This document shows, one piece after another, positions 26,051 to 37,693 of a DNA stretch of 64,000 bases. The notes below the pieces were generated by a model. It had not been told where the DNA came from. It made no database searches and worked only from the letters and a program-made list of their open reading frames with translations. Source of the DNA: Sphyrna mokarran (taxonomy: Eukaryota). The first letter of the stretch is position 1, and every line of letters starts with the position of its first letter. The DNA lies in assembly GCA_024679065.1 (NCBI GenBank), contig JAGIQG010000005.1, positions 34,844,001 through 34,908,000 of the forward strand, read 5' to 3'. Made by a program: the position numbers and the translations under genes.

Positions 26051-28395
26051 AGGGATGACACAGAGTTCAATTGTGGGGGCCACATGTCCCAGACCAGTGA
26101 AAACATCACATCAACTTGCCCACAAAGATCTGTTGCAGCAGGTAACTTATTTCTGCACTTGGCATCTCAGGGAACACTGAATGGTTACTCAAACTAAGTA
26201 CTCTACTATAGGCTTTTCCCACTGTACGACAGAAAAAGAATGGTTAAATTGGAGACACACAAATCACTCTTGCTCAAGTAAATTTTAAATTGAACAGCAT
26301 CCCTTCAAATCATCAGAGAGGGAGACGATTAGATTTTCAGTTTTACTGCCTCATAGTCTAGATTAAATACCGCATTCAATTAATCCACGTATATTTTAGT
26401 GACTCAAGTGTATCCAAGGGATTTCATTGAGAGAGCTTATCGTTGCTTTGAAAGTTAACAATTTAATGAAAATGAAAACAAATTAAAATTGGCGAGGCTT
26501 TACACTGGAAGAAACAAGAGGAAATGCAAATTGAGGCAGGATCTACATGCTCTTTAAATCTTTCAGAAGGAACAAGATGAAGACAACATATTCATTTTGC
26601 CATTACTTAACAAGCTAGACACATCACATTTTGAACCTGTGCCTTCCTATCCGTGCCCACTTAGAGTACAAGTCCAAATCTTGGCACACAAATTTTCGCC
26701 ACAAGTCATGATATCAGTCAATTATTTAGCTAAGCTGATATTAATTTTTCTCACACTCTAATATTTCTGGACACGAGGCTGTAAAACTGTGACCATCCCT
26801 TGGAACGTAGTTTCCATGTTATAATGCAAAAAAAAAGACAGTTTTATGTTTGAGTTCAATGAAGGAATACAAAACAGTAGCAAAGAAATAAAGCAGGGAT
26901 TGCAATCTTATAAACACAAATCCTCCATCAATCATTTTAATGAAGATATAATCCATAGATTACCACCTTGGTTCAAACAGTAGCAAAGCAATTTCATACA
27001 AACATGTTAACGCATTCATCATTAATACTGCAATCTCGATCCAAACTATTGCTATTGTGTAAACAATGCATCCACCCAATTCCCAACACAAACTTGAAAC
27101 TTTTCATAACCTGTATATTTTAAAAGCCTACAATTTAATATTTCACTCTAAGAATGGCAGTAACACATGCTCTGTGAGAAATCTAATATACTTGGAGCGA
27201 GTCTTTGATTTGGAGATTACATCCACTAGCTTGAACCTGACTCCACATGTCCCTGGCGAGTGATTCTGGGGTTAAGATTCAATGGAATATTAGCACCTGA
27301 AAGGTGGATGTGGGTCCTCCATTCATTGTATGAGTTATGAGAGCGTATAAAACTCTCACAACCTATAGCACTATCCACCTAACTGGCTGGTCTCGAGATG
27401 GTTACAACCATGAAAGAACTATTTATGTTGCAAATGGTCAATCTATCAAGCCTGCCACTGCTTCATTTCATTCTCAAATGGAATGGTGTAAACATACAGT
27501 AACAACATCTACTACAGTCAATGGACGCTATATAAATTGCCAGAGTCGTTACCGTGTTTTTAATCTCAAATATGTGTGACCTGCTTGCTAACACATAGCT
27601 GGAGTTCTTGCACACCCCATTACCATTGCCGGGGAGATTGGAGAATTTGATACTCAGCCACATCTCTGTTCACAGCAGCCGAATTGAATAATCCCAGCCG
27701 CAGGCGGGGTCAGTGAATTGTGGCCCATATATAAATATTAGAGTATAGATAGAACATCAACCCAGATCTTTTTTTTGCCATTTTTTAAAATGCATAGTCA
27801 TTTCTGAACACAAATGAAATAAATTAGTGTTTTCTGAGTTGAAGGTCATGTGAAGCTTCTTAAGACAATAACTATGACAATGGATATGTTATTGAGGGAA
27901 TTTTCCACTCCCATTTTCGGGGGTAGAAATTGTGGAAAATCAAATGGGAGTCCCAAAATGGCTTTTACACCGATGGGATTGCCCCAGTTGATTGTCCCCC
28001 ATGCCCGCATCCCCCCCCCCAACCCCCCCCCGCACCCCCGTCAGTAATAACTTAATTGGGAATCCTGACTTCTAAAATAAGGATCCCCGTTTACATTCAT
28101 TTCAACATGGACTTTATGCCTGATCAACCCCCCCATGTTAAATTGTCATGCCAATGTGAATCACAACAGATCCCCTGCAACCATGCCCCTGGCAAGCAGA
28201 ACCTGCCAGTGGCTTACCTGAGAATGCAGGGAGAGAGTCATGTCTAGTCACTGCCCTACACTGGCACTGCTGGACACTACTCCCTGGCAGTTCTGTGGGA
28301 AGGAGAGGTTTCCATCTTTATTATGAATGCTCTGATCCTTTAAAAAATGAAGTTGCTGGCAAGGTGTTGGGGAGGGGGGGCGGTATGCGCTGATT

Positions 28396-29597
28396 CATAG
28401 AACATAGAACATAGAACAATACAGCACAGAACAGGCCCTTCGGCCTTCGATGTTGTGCCGACCAAAATAAAAAGCAATGCCCCTCCAAACTAAACCATTC
28501 CCTTCTCTTCCATATACTTATCAATTAACCTCTTAAACGCCACCAAACTTGGCGCATCTACAACAGCTGCAGGCAGGGCATTCCACTCCCTAATCACTCT
28601 TTGAGTAAAGAACCTACCTCTGATATCCGTCCTATAACTCATACCCCTTAATTTAAAGCTGTGTCCCCTCGTGCTAGCTTTCTCCATCCTAGGAAAAAGG
28701 CTATCACTGTCCACCCTATCTAAACCTCTAATCATCTTATATGCTTCAATAAGATCCCCTCTTAGCCGCCTCCTTTCTAACGAAAACAACCTCAAATCCT
28801 TCAACCTCTCTTCATAGGGCCTGCCCTCCATACCAGGCAACATCCTGGTAAACCTCCTCTGTACCCTCTCCAATGCCTCCACATCTTTCTTATAATGTGG
28901 GGACCAGAACTGCACACAATACTCCAAGTGCGGCCGCACTAGAGTTTTGTACAGTTGCAACATGATGCTGCGGCTCCTAAATTCAATCCCCCTACCAATA
29001 AAAGCTAAGACTCCATATGCCTTCTTAACAACTTTATCCACTTGACTGCCTACTTTCAGTGATCTATTGACACATACACCAAGATCCTTCTGTTCCTCAA
29101 CACTATTAAGAGCCCTACCATTAGCCCTATACTCTACACATTTATTGTTCCTGCCAAAGTGCATTACCTCACACTTTTCCACATTAAACTCCATTTGCCA
29201 CCTCTCGGCCCAGCTCTGCAACTTGTCCAAGTCACTCTGTAAACTAAAACACCCCTCTTCACTATCTACCACACCACCAACTTTAGTATCATCTGCAAAT
29301 TTACTGATCCATCCCTCAATACCCTCATCCAGATCATTTATAAAAATTACAAACAGCAGGGGCCCCAAAACAGACCCCTGAGGCACACCACTCGTCACCG
29401 AACTCCACGATGAATATCTCCCATCAACCACCACCCTCTGTCTTCTATCTGCCAGCCAATTCCTAATCCAATTAGCTAAATCACCCTCTATTCCACACAT
29501 CTGCATTTTCTGTAGAAGTCTTCCATGGGCCACCTTATCAAACGCCTTACTAAAGTCCATATATACTACATCAACCGCCTTACCCCCATCCACCATT
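28396..29597 (-). mobile_element. Young 5'-truncated CR1 LINE
   Basis: Tail (ttctatg)3 at about 28396-28416 and an uninterrupted RT reading frame. Confidence 0.95.
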
Positions 29598-29605
29598 ACC
29601 CCCAT
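28490..29605 (-). CDS. CR1 ORF2 reverse transcriptase, C-terminal 371 aa (open frame, 5'-truncated, lacks endonuclease)
   Basis: [56 protein letters not shown] and SLERRRLRGDLIE, with no stops or frameshifts. The first few codons come from the flank. Confidence 0.9.
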   Translation of the reverse strand: MGVMVDGGKAVDVVYMDFSKAFDKVAHGRLLQKMQMCGIEGDLANWIRNWLADRRQRVVVDGRYSSWSSVTSGVPQGSVLGPLLFVIFINDLDEGIEGWISKFADDTKVGGVVDSEEGCFSLQSDLDKLQSWAERWQMEFNVEKCEVMHFGRNNKCVEYRANGRALNSVEEQKDLGVCVNRSLKVGSQVDKVVKKAYGVLAFIGRGIEFRSRSIMLQLYKTLVRPHLEYCVQFWSPHYKKDVEALERVQRRFTRMLPGMEGRPYEERLKDLRLFSLERRRLRGDLIEAYKMIRGLDRVDSDSLFPRMEKASTRGHSFKLRGMSYRTDIRGRFFTQRVIREWNALPAAVVDAPSLVAFKRLIDKYMEEKGMV

Positions 29606-30883
29606 TCAGAACCCAATCCACCAGCATGATGCCGTGGGAACCACCCCTTCATTTTTTTTTAACAAAATGTTTAAAAATATGACAGGAAAGTCCAGCAGCC
29701 CAACCAGCAAGTCACCCTCTGCTTTTCCCACCCGAGTTGACACTTGGCCAGAAAAATGACAAAATTCCTCCATTTTTGTTTAGACTTTTCACAGGAAATT
29801 GGCTGCAGTATGATGCCCACAGTCACATTTTCTCTTCATAAGGAAACCACTTGCTAAATTTGGTTCAGGCTTTAAGCCAGCAAAGATCACCAAAACATAG
29901 AAATATAGCAAATAGGAGCTGGAGTAGGTCATTTGGCCCTTTGAGTCTGCTCCGCCATTTATGAGCATGACTGATCATCCAATTCAATAACCTTACAGCT
30001 ATATGTAATTCCTTCTTGAAAACATATGGAAGGGGCAATTAACCCAGCCAGCTCGCCATGGGAATTGTAGCAAGTGGGGCAGGGCGGGCAAATGTTTGTT
30101 AACCACGGGCAGTATTTTCTGGTTTTGGGGTGAATGTGGATGGAAAATTCCACCCATAATGTTTTGGCCACAGCTGCTTTTTGTGCTAGAGAAATTTCTC
30201 TTCATCGCTGCACAGAACAATTCCACCAGCCCCATGCCTAAACATAGCAGATCAGGAAGCTCAATGATAGTCAGCATGAAACTGATTTGCATCCCACAAA
30301 TAGGATGCAATTGAAAGCCCAGCTGAAAACTTCTCCCTGTGCCGAATCTCTGCAATGCCAGTGGCAAACACATCGGTCCAGAACATGTCTGAAAGAAGGC
30401 AACGTGCAGTAGATGGGACTTACATGAAGAACTGCTCTAGAGTTCGGGATGGAGGCTACCAGTGACCGTGGAACATCACAGCAGAGATAAGAAATATATC
30501 AATCAGGTGGACCTTCCAACTACCGTGTCACTGAAGACGTCCATTTTCCAGCCTCGTCCATCTTCTTTCTTTAGGAGATCCAACTTCTTTCCTGAAGTGT
30601 ATCAGTGATGTTAGGAACCTTTTCAATATGGCACCCAGATATGTTAGCAGGACTGCCACAGAATATAGTGCTAAATTTCCAAATGCATATTAATAAGTTT
30701 GGAACTGGAAGGTATGGACTGGAATTCTCCAGCTGTTCATGCCAGAGGGATTTTCTGATCCCACCAGGAGAACACCCCGCCTGCAGGTTTCCTGCTGGTT
30801 TGGGATGACATCAATGGAAATCCCATTGCTAGCAAACAACATGCCAGCTCCCACCAGTCAAAAACACGCAAAGGATCTCATGC

Positions 30884-31023
30884 ATTGGCCAAAATTCTCC
30901 ACTCTCCTACATCCTGCCACTGCTGCCAGTGAGAATAGACGATTTGGCACTCAACCAATCTCCATTCACAGAGATAGGACTGGAAAACCCTAGCTGTGCA
31001 TGAGGTCTGAGAATTCTTGCCAT
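30884..31023. mobile_element. Short MITE
   Basis: TIRs tggccaaaattctc and gagaattcttgcca; a related copy lies at about 21102-21210. Confidence 0.45.
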
Positions 31024-32404
31024 GGTCTCTGCAATGGGAAACACTCACCCTCCCTATCCACAACACTGGGCTTAGTCTCAGATAGGAGAATTCCATCCTG
31101 ATTGAAATCCTTTAGGGTGGGGTACTGTGAAAGACCCTGTTGTAATCAAATTTCTGGAATAACACCTCCACTAATATACATGATATTTAACAATTGATAT
31201 TGGCCATTACATGTTTATTTAAATCAATGTGCAGCCAAAGATTAGAGAGTTTGTTCAGCTGGGCTTGTTTACTGTGAGAGGAAAATGCCTGCGTTTCACA
31301 GACAAATCTGTTTGAATGTAAGCAGATTTGCTTCAGATCACACACTCATATGTCCAAAGCTTTCTACTGCCCAAAACAACTGGAAAAATAAACTCCACGG
31401 ATAATCCATGTCAGAGGGATTTACCTTCTGTTTGTACTTTTCCAGAGACAATCTTATAAATTTACAGGAAGGAATTGATGGACAAGGAATACATTTCAGT
31501 TCTTTTTTATAAAGGTTGAATACAATGAAAACAGCTTGCTTTTGTAAGGTATATAGTATGTTTGATATTGAGCAGGATAGTGACTGGTTAGTATGTCTTT
31601 TTAATAGATTCGGATGAACACGAATATTTTACAGGATATACAATAACTATTCTGAAATCCATATTAAGTGCAAATCTCTAATGGTATTGAGAGGCCTCAA
31701 ACCCAATTGAAACATACATACTTGCAAACCTAACATTCGCAGCAAGCACAACTGTATTGACAAATTGCACAGTTTATCTAATGATGGGCTTAAATTCGTA
31801 TCCATTCAGCCCACTGTTAAGCTTGACCAGACAATCCTCCTCAAAAACTAGTGGCAAAAACTTTGTGTTAGATGTAGAAGAGTTATGTGCTTCCCTGGTG
31901 CCTACATGGTAAGATTTGTCCTCATTGTAAGGAAGGGCTATCTAAAACACTCAAAATTGATGACCCATTCCATCCTATTCACCAGAATTTTACTGCCCCC
32001 GCCCACCACGGAATTAGAGATGAGGAGTGAACAACGGAAATATCTGTTGACTTCAGGCAGGAATTTTCAGTTTCATTCAAGGGCAGCCATAAAATTCCAT
32101 TGACTATGTCTATAACTGGCTGTGCATAACATGAATTGGCCAGATGCTTGAGTGAATTGATACAACCAGTGCTGAATGAATTTTCCCCACATATAGTGAA
32201 AAATGCTTAAGCCTTAGACTTCATGTTCTGGGCCATCTTTATTTTCGGTGCTGAACTGCCCTTAGTTTTCTCAACATTCCTTTTGGCTCCATTCCAACAG
32301 AGAGGAAACACTGGCAAATTTGGGTTTCATCTTAAATTCCTGTCCCAACTCCTTCTAGTTGCACCCTCATGTACCCTAGATTATTTGAGCCTTTTTGTTT
32401 TTCC

Positions 32405-32578
32405 AGACGCTCCGGTTTCCTCCCACCAACCAAAGACATGCTGGTTGAATGCATTGGCCATGCTAAGTTCTCTCTCAGTATATCTGAACAGCTTGTGGAG
32501 TGCCACAACTAGGGAATTTTCACTGTAATTGCATCGCACAGTTCATGTAAGCCTATTTGTGACACTAATAAATAAAAC
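32405..32578 (+). mobile_element. HE1/V-SINE 3' part with Rex1-like tail
   Basis: ctccggtttcctcccac..cattggccatgctaa..ggaattttcactgta..gtaagcctatttgtgacactaataaa. Confidence 0.75.
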
Positions 32579-33283
32579 TCACAACTTTTTGCATTCTCAC
32601 ATCAACATTAGAAAATGGCATGCAGGATCACATATCCACTTTACTGGGGACATTAACCTAGATTTTTATAATGAATATTAATATAACAGGAAGAGAAAAC
32701 CTTTGCTCTACATTAATCCTCATAATTATCCAATAAATCTTAACTTGGCCATTGTAACAATTATTGGAATTTTTTAATTACTATAATCTAGATATGCTGC
32801 AAAGGGACTTCTCAGGCTGAGCATCCAGTGTTGCAATTTCTCCCCTCACCCTTCAATTCCAATCAATTTGCAGTACAAACTGCTAGAAATGTAAAATAGC
32901 AATAAAATATCAGCCCACACTTTCTAAGGTGATTTTAAGTTAAAACTATAGCACAAATCCAGCAATTTCTTGAAATTCACGGGGAGACTGCACATTGAGA
33001 TCTCATTTTTTTTCAGACAAACGACTGCTTCCAACTCCTGCTTTATCTGTTCCTCACCATAAATTGCGGAATTTTATGCCATTATTTTGTCAGCAAATTC
33101 TATTTGGTTACTCCTTATAATCTGGAAGTTAGTGCAAATATGTTATCATGGTAATGTTTACCACACTTGAATCAAATGTGTATCTCTGCTATCTTAACAA
33201 AGTTCTTAACCCCTTATTCAAAATATGTCAATTTCTGGGGGTAGGCTCGGTAGATGGATACAGAACTGGTTTGGTTATAGAAG

Positions 33284-33417
33284 TCATGATGTAGAGATGC
33301 CAGCGTTGGACTGGGGTAAACTCAGTAAAGTTTTACAACACCAATTTTAAATCCAACCAATTTATTTTATATCAAATAAATTGGTTGGATTTAAAATTGG
33401 TGTTGTAAAACTTTACT
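33284..33417. mobile_element. Penelope-type insertion forming a 94-bp palindrome, flanked by a 12-13 bp TSD
   Basis: TSD ttggttatagaag at 33271-33283 and 33417-33429; palindrome 33324-33417 with one mismatched pair. Confidence 0.85.
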
Positions 33418-34519
33418 TGGTTATAGAAGACAGACAGTAGCAGTGGGAGGGTGTTTTTCAGAATGGTGATCCGTAGCTAGTGGTGTTCTGCAGGAATCAG
33501 TGCTGGGGCCTCTGTTGTTTGTAGTATATATAAATGACCTAGAGGAAAATGTGAGTGGTCTGATTCATAAGTTTGCAGATGACTGGTGGAGTTGCTGAGA
33601 GTGCCATCAGATTGGTGGAGTTGCTGAGAGCGTCATCAGAGGATCCAATAATAGATAGACTGGAGACTTGGGCATAGAAATGGCAGATGGCATTTAATCC
33701 GAACAAATGCGAGGTGATGCATTTTGGAGGATCAAATTTAGATATGAATTGTACCATCAATGGCAAAACCCTTCAGATAATTGACACACAGAGAATCTCA
33801 CCATGCAAGTCCATTGTTCCCTAAAAGTGGCAATACAGGTGGCTGAGGTGGTTAAGAAGGTGTGTGGCATGCTTGCCTTATCAGCCAGGGCATGGAGTAC
33901 AAGTGTTAGAAAATAATGTTGCAACTATCTAAAACCTTTGTTAGGTCACATTTGGAGTGTTGCGTACAGTTCTGCTCACCATGCACTAGCAAAAGGATGT
34001 GGATGATGCCTGGTCTCAAGGATATGAATGAATGGGCAAGAACATGGCAGATGGAATATAATATGAATGAATGAGAAGTTATCCACTTAGGAAGAAAAAA
34101 AAAACACAACAGCAGAGCATTTCTTAAATGATGAGTGTTTGGGAAACATTGATGTCCAAAGGAGCTTTTTGATGTTCATGAAACATTCAAAACAAGCATG
34201 CAACAATTAAGATGGCAAATGGTATGACATTGGCCTTCATCACAAGGGATTTGAGTACAGCAGTGAAGATGTATTGCTGCAATTGTACAGGGCTGTGATG
34301 AGTATTGTGCTCCGTACCATTGGAAGGATGGACTTACTATAAAGGATATGCAATGATGGTTCACCAGGCTAATCCCTGGAATGGCAGAATGGTCTCATTT
34401 GGAGGATTGAAGAAACTAGACTTGTATTCTCTGGAGTTTCAAAGAAAGAGAGGTGATCTCATTTAAAGCTACGAAATTCTTCAAGGCTGTGAGAGAGTGG
34501 GCAGGATGTTTCCCTGCTG

Positions 34520-34647
34520 GTGACTCACCTAATGAAGGAGCAGCGCTCTGAAAGTTCATGATTCCATATAAAACTGTTGGGCTTTTATTTGGTGCTGTGA
34601 GACTTCTTGCTGTGCCCACCCCAGCCCAGTGCTGATATCTCCACATC
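34520..34647 (+). mobile_element. Penelope-type terminal repeat with decayed minimal hammerhead
   Basis: tcac-CTaATGA-aggagc-agc-gctct-GAAA-gttc-atga at 34525-34561, then the same 3' sequence as 2936-3008. Confidence 0.7.
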
Positions 34648-36056
34648 TTGTTTGAATGATGGAGCAGACTCAGGGGGCCAACTGTTCTGAATTCCTATGC
34701 TCCTGTGTAAACCATTAAAGCCAACAAAGAGCAGGATTTGTGAACAGAGAAAATATAAACAGATTTAGTTTTCACGATATGAAGTAAACGGAACAACTGA
34801 GTTCCGGTCGATTAAAAATACATACACATATTGAATGAGCTGATGTGTGCTGCTCCCTCTGCAATCACCGCATTGCTTCAAGGAAGCAAAGAGAGGCGTC
34901 AACCGCATCTATCATTTAGTTCCCTCTTCCCCTCCCTTAAGTGACTTGATAAATTCAAGATACCAGATTTGCTTTTTCCCTAATGGAATTATTCTTCCCA
35001 TGGGTTTAAAAAAATGTAATCAAAATGGTTATTCAGACCAAGTTACATTACAATACAGTTACATTACAATAAAACAATTAGCTAAAATAAACCTCCATTG
35101 GGATCCTGGGCATGCAAAGCTCTAATGGAGTTGGCACTGCATCGAACTTTAGTTTCACAGTACAGCTACATAATCAGTTTTATTTGGACAGTTCTAAATG
35201 TTCTTACTTCCTCAGAATTAATAGGGGAGATCTGAATTCAAAACAAAATGTTTTGCTCTTAGATTTATTAGAAATCACAATTCCAATATTTATTCCAACT
35301 GGCAATTTTCGTCTGCTGAGTTTCTGCTCCGATCATTAGTCATTGGATGGCCAGTGATGCAGAATGGAGTATCTTCCATTTCTGACAGCCAGTGTTAACT
35401 TCAAATCATAAGTGGTGCAGAAAGCCACATAGCAGCAGCAGTAGGCCATTTGGTCCTTCGCGACAGCATCACCGTCCAATAAGATCGTGGGTGATCTGGT
35501 TGTGATTTCAGGTCCACTTTCCACTTTGTCTCCTCTTACCCTCAACTCCTTGCCAAACTATTTCCCAAACTGGGTTCTGCCGGATCCTTGGGTTCTGCAA
35601 AGCTCATCCTGGGATTCCCTGATAGATCCAGCCACATTAAATTTGAAAGAAGCTGTCCATTCCAGCTTGTCCAAGTGATTTTCACACTAATGTGGCTGCT
35701 GATAGGTACACTTGTCAGCCTATCAGCAGCCAATACACTGAGAAACCAAACCGATTGGACAAACTGGAAATAGTGACAAAGTCAGTATTGAAAGTAACAG
35801 GTAAGAGTGAGAGTGAAGGTGTCTGGGCAGCTGAGCGGGCGGCAAAACAAACTCGGCCACAGCGATAGGATAGAAGAACAGTGGACTCACAGACCAGATG
35901 AATAAATTTTTTAAAAGCAAGCATTAAATCCCAACCATTAATTTGGTTTCTTTCTCCATGGATGTTGCCCGGCCTGCCAAGTATTTGTGGCATTTTCTGT
36001 TTTTATTTCAGTAATTACAGAATAACAAGCTATATTAATATAGTAAATAAAAATCA

Positions 36057-36253
36057 GGGATAGAATTCGCAACAGATTTCAACAATCCTCTTAGGCATAA
36101 CACTGGTGTTGCGAATTGGCCACTTATTATAGAAACAGCTTGATTTTCAGTACCTCTGACTTCGGTGGAGAAGAAGATCAAGTGGTTTCTATAATGGGAA
36201 GACAATCCACAATGCCAGCTTTGCAGCTTGGCACTTAGCTGGAAATCTACCCA
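36057..36253. mobile_element. Foldback MITE
   Basis: Ends gggatagaattc and gaaatctacccag; internal hairpin at 36103-36218. Confidence 0.5.
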
Positions 36254-36574
36254 GTCATTCCAGTTCTCAGTTATGGTGATGTAAGTACATCTTGAATTAT
36301 TCATTCCATGATTTTATGGCTTATGATGTGCTTTGAACTTCTTGATGACTGCCATTATGTGTTTCTCCTTTCCATACAGCTGTACTGCAAGATGGATATC
36401 TTAAAGGCCCAGCAGTTAGACAATCAGATGTTAGATTTTTATAATACAGAAAGCTTTATTGCGCACATTACATCCAAAGTATGTTTAATCAGTCTTCATA
36501 TAGATGTCTGAATTCATTAACATTTCACTGGCAAAATGCTATATTCACAGAAAGTTAAGTAATTGTTTGGTGAT

Positions 36575-37085
36575 GCAGAACTTGAGTATTGCTGTAAAAG
36601 AGACATGCTGTCAAAACTTTTCATCTTGCACTCATCAGGACAATTTGCAAGAATACCGAAGTGTGAAGGCAATAACAATTTATGTCTGAGAAGAGAATGC
36701 TGATTGGTTTGCAAATGATGTCTGATTGGTAGAGGTGTTGACATGAAAAATGCACCAATAACTGACAACTAACTGTTAAATGCCAAACTGTATTTAAATT
36801 CAAACCAGGCATGTTGATTCTGATTGATCAAGGCATTATCCTGGGGAATGAACAATGGAATGGCTGTTCCCTAAGTTTTTATGTAGCTAGAGAAGTATTT
36901 CTTCATATAATGTGTGTATACGCTCCTTTTGTCTGCAAAGGACAGTGATAATTATATGTAGCTTCACATAAGTGAGCTACACAACTTGCTATCCACTGGA
37001 TAATCTTAAATTAGTTGTCAGTGTAAATCCTAGCACAACCAGGATTGCTTAGCATATATTATTCAAATGCACAATCATATATATG
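36575..37085 (-). mobile_element. Penelope-like element 3' end (GIY-YIG C-terminus, 3' UTR and minimal hammerhead)
   Basis: Minus translation YMLSNPGCARIYTDN*FKII...AHL.EATY...LCRQKE resembles the PLE endonuclease C-terminus. Hammerhead core ttgtc-CTGATGA-gtgcaagat-GAAA-agtttt-gacag at 36608-36643. Confidence 0.75.
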
Positions 37086-37693
37086 TTGGACAATATGGAC
37101 TGTCCAGCTGTTGCTGCAGGTGGGATTTTCTGGTCGATGTTCTGATCTTCTAGCAACCCCCTGGCACAAATAACTCTGCCCCAGAGACTGTGAACAAAGG
37201 AAATGCCCACTAACAGTGGTGAGACCAGTCGCTTGTCAATGTTGGGTCACCTCTGCTGCCATAAAACATACTGCAGGGTGGGTGAAAAATCCCACCCACT
37301 ATTTTGAGTTTTGAAAACATGAGCAGGTTGGATACAGTCACAACTTTGCCTGTTGTGAGCAACTCTAGGGACATGTTATTTGGTATAACCTGCCAGTCAT
37401 TGGACATGTGACCTACATACATGACACTGCACCGTCACTGAAATTCATACAGCATGTTACTCATTTATATAATGGGCAAAATGTCTTTTTGCTAGATGGC
37501 AGCACTCTATAAAAGGAGAATATCACTCTTGCTGCTACTGCAGAGTAGCAATCTAAAATGGTTAGCTTCACCTGTTGCCTGAAGTTTTAATACACCTTCC
37601 TGATCTGGGGTAATCCAAGGTAAATTGGGCATTTTTTTGATTGAAAGTGGTTGCCTTAGTCCTATTTGTGTGTTTGCATGAGCGAGCATAACA

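Larger units (their letters stand above)
27893..29772. mobile_element. MITE-like element interrupted by a young CR1
   Basis: Ends tgagggaattttcc (27893) and gacaaaattcctcca (about 29758-29772) are imperfect inverted repeats. Confidence 0.45.
33236..34705 (+). mobile_element. Two abutting decayed CR1 RT fragments carrying Penelope-type insertions
   Basis: RWIQNW..RRQ, SGVLQESVLGP, KFAD and WQMAFNPNKCEVMHFG to about 34010; a second copy restarts at EWARTWQMEYN near 34025. A 29-bp tandem duplication lies near 33583-33640. Confidence 0.75.

Noticed and set aside
29067-29381. Antisense ORFs over CR1 RT (also 8550-8960 and 39471-39874)
   Set aside because: Shadow frames of LINE ORF2 that recur with every copy.
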